Shown here one piece after another: positions 29,435-32,000 of a stretch of 32,000 nt of DNA. How positions within the stretch are numbered: position 1 is the first letter of the stretch; every line of letters starts with the position of its first letter. Origin of the DNA: Synechococcus elongatus PCC 6301 (GTDB taxonomy: Bacteria > Cyanobacteriota > Cyanobacteriia > Synechococcales > Synechococcaceae); the NCBI RefSeq assembly GCF_000010065.1, contig NC_006576.1, positions 1,290,001-1,322,000 of the forward strand, written 5' to 3'. The position numbers and the translations under genes were made by a program. The notes under the pieces are model-generated. The model was not told the DNA's origin, made no database searches, and worked only from the letters and a program-made list of their open reading frames with translations.

Positions 29435-30874
29435 ATGAAGTCTGGAGTACTCGCCCTTTTGCTGGGGCTACTGACTGCCTGCCAAGCTCCACTGGCACAA
29501 ATTCAGTCTTCGGGGCAGGGCGCAGCCGATCGCTGGGATGCCAACGCTCCCGTGCAAGTCGCGTTCAATCACAACCCAGATCAGCGATTTACCGATAGCT
29601 TGGGCCGCGATCGCGAAGGTGATGATTTGGAAGGACAACTCCTCGCCAGCCTAGAGCAGGCTCAAACATCGATCGATGTCGCGGTTCAGGAAATTCAGGT
29701 GCCCCGCTTAGCGACTGCTTTGATCCAAAAACACCAAGCGGGCATTCCCGTTCGCGTCATTGTGGAAAACCAGTATCGCCAACCTTGGAGTCAACGACTG
29801 TCAGGCAACCTGAGTGATCGCGAGCGGCAGCGACTAGAGAACTACCGACAGATAGCCGATCGCAATGGTGATGGCCAACTCAGTCCCGCCGAAATTGCTG
29901 GCGGGGATGCTGTGTTAATGCTGGAGCGCGCTGGTGTACCGATTCTGGACGACACCGACGACGGCAGCCAAGGCAGCGGGTTGATGCACCATAAGTTCGC
30001 GATCATCGATCGCCGCTGGGTTGTCACCGGCTCTGCCAACTGGACAGCCAGCGATTTCTTTGGCGATCCGGGCCGACCTGCCAGTCGTGGCAATGCCAAT
30101 CATCTGCTCTGGTTCCGCAGCCCAGCGCTCGCAGCGATTTTCCAAGAAGAATTCAACCTGATGTGGGGCGATGGCCCCAGTAAATTGCCGGATAGCCGCT
30201 TTGGCCTTGGTAAGCCCTTGCGATCGCCTAAATCGGTCCGTATTGGCAACACGCGCCTGCTGGTTCAGTTTTCGCCCACTAGTCCCCGGCTACCGTGGCA
30301 GGAAAGCACCAACGGCACAATCGCCCGTTACCTCACCCAAGCCCAGAAGCAGATCGATCTAGCACTGTTTGTCTTTTCGGAACAAGCGATCGCCGATGTT
30401 TTAGAAGCGCGATCGCAGCAAGGTACTCAAGTGCGACTGTTAATTGACCCTGGCTTTGCCTATCGTCCCTACAGCGAACTGCTAGATATGGTCGGCCTAG
30501 CGCTTCCCGATCGCGACTGCCGGGTTGAGTCAAACAATCGCCCTTGGAGTAGTCCCCTCACAACAGCAGGAGCGCCACGACTGACGCCCGGCGACACGCT
30601 CCACCACAAATTTGCCGTGATTGATCGCCAGCGCGTCCTGACCGGATCTCACAACTGGAGTGCCGCAGCCAACCTCAGAAATGACGAAACATTTTTAGTG
30701 ATCGAGGACTCTAGTTTGGCCGATCGCTTTCGGGCAGAATTTGAGCGACTCTACGCTGATGCCTTCTTAGGTATTCCGCCAGCCCTGCAGCGCCGCGTCA
30801 ATGAGGCGAAGCGACGCTGCGGTAGCCGAATCACTCCGAACAGCAATCAGGACTTAACCGAAACTGAGGATTGA
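29435..30874 (+). CDS. Phospholipase D-superfamily lipoprotein with two HKD motifs and an EF-hand loop
   Basis: About 479 aa from the Met at 29435. It has a lipobox signal peptide (MKSGVLALLLGLLTAC) and two HKD motifs (HHKFAIIDRRWVVTGSANWT and HHKFAVIDRQRVLTGSHNWS). An EF-hand loop DRNGDGQLSPAEI lies at nt 29858-29896. I rejected the ORF-track start at 29258. Confidence 0.85.
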   Translation: MKSGVLALLLGLLTACQAPLAQIQSSGQGAADRWDANAPVQVAFNHNPDQRFTDSLGRDREGDDLEGQLLASLEQAQTSIDVAVQEIQVPRLATALIQKHQAGIPVRVIVENQYRQPWSQRLSGNLSDRERQRLENYRQIADRNGDGQLSPAEIAGGDAVLMLERAGVPILDDTDDGSQGSGLMHHKFAIIDRRWVVTGSANWTASDFFGDPGRPASRGNANHLLWFRSPALAAIFQEEFNLMWGDGPSKLPDSRFGLGKPLRSPKSVRIGNTRLLVQFSPTSPRLPWQESTNGTIARYLTQAQKQIDLALFVFSEQAIADVLEARSQQGTQVRLLIDPGFAYRPYSELLDMVGLALPDRDCRVESNNRPWSSPLTTAGAPRLTPGDTLHHKFAVIDRQRVLTGSHNWSAAANLRNDETFLVIEDSSLADRFRAEFERLYADAFLGIPPALQRRVNEAKRRCGSRITPNSNQDLTETED

Positions 30875-30891
30875 GCCTTGGAGTCGAGGGA

Positions 30892-31254
30892 TTAGAACAG
30901 ATCGCTGTCTGGATCGCGGGGAGCCATGCCGCCCTCTTGATCTCGGCGCGAGCCCAGCAGCTCAAGACGATTGGCCCGGACGACGGGTGTGGTGCGCTGA
31001 TTGTTGTTGCGATCAGTCCAGCTCTCAATCTTGAGAGCACCACTGATGCCGATCAGACTGCCTTTCTTGACATAGTCGATCGCAACCTGGGCTTCGCGGC
31101 CCCACATCTCAACGTTGAACCAATCAGGCTCATCATTGCGGCTGCGGCGATTGACCGCCAGGGAAAACTTACAAACGACCGAACCCGACTCAAAGTAACG
31201 AGCTTCGGGGTCACGACCGACGCGCCCCACCAAGTTGACAACATTTAAGCTCAT
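30892..31254 (-). CDS. ssb: Single-stranded DNA-binding protein
   Basis: 120 aa from the Met at 31254 (MSLNVVNLVGRVGRDPEARYFESGS...). It has an OB fold, a Gly/Arg-rich linker and an acidic C-terminal tip DPDSDLF. Confidence 0.93.
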   Translation of the reverse strand: MSLNVVNLVGRVGRDPEARYFESGSVVCKFSLAVNRRSRNDEPDWFNVEMWGREAQVAIDYVKKGSLIGISGALKIESWTDRNNNQRTTPVVRANRLELLGSRRDQEGGMAPRDPDSDLF

Positions 31255-31356
31255 CGTGCAGTCAAACCCCTGCGCATTGCTCAGTCCCATTTTGGCAGTT
31301 GTCGGCCAACCCGCCGAGCGAATCGCTGCCTAGACTGAGTTAGCAGGAGGCGCTAG

Positions 31357-32000
<644 letters not shown>

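Overview
The window reads as core chromosome of a Synechococcus elongatus-type cyanobacterium (PCC 7942/6301-like). That assignment is my inference from gene content, gene order and the very dense HIP1 octamer GCGATCGC. No database search was possible. Left to right: the 5' part of the ATP synthase operon on the minus strand (atp1, a, c, b', b, delta), a SAM methyltransferase, apcE, apcABC, ftsW-ccdA-ccs1, glnB with an NtcA box, galE, tlyA, two tandem paralogous secreted proteins, a 63-codon ORF, purB, a cytochrome b558-like membrane protein, a pentapeptide-repeat protein, yraN, rsmA-ispE, ndhF4-cupB plus a CPA2 antiporter, a small toxin-antitoxin islet, a Coq4-family protein, an MthK-like K+ channel, a PLD-family lipoprotein, ssb and the 5' part of mreB. 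Most of this is ordinary housekeeping DNA. I saw no tRNA, rRNA, CRISPR array, transposase or integrase. The clearest accessory signal is a ~1.15-kb HIP1-free segment (26176-27329) with an AT-rich tail. It carries a RelE/ParE-type toxin and its antitoxin, and it is bracketed by a 48-bp imperfect direct repeat that duplicates the 3' end of the antiporter gene. Secondary curiosities are the tandem secreted paralogs, a Coq4 homolog with an intact HDxxH-x11-E motif in a plastoquinone organism, a two-HKD PLD lipoprotein with a PROSITE-perfect EF-hand loop, an SD-preceded 63-codon ORF, and tight ndhF4-cupB-antiporter spacing with no ndhD4. I found no convincing large novel multi-gene system. All functional calls come from reading the translated ORFs and are untested.
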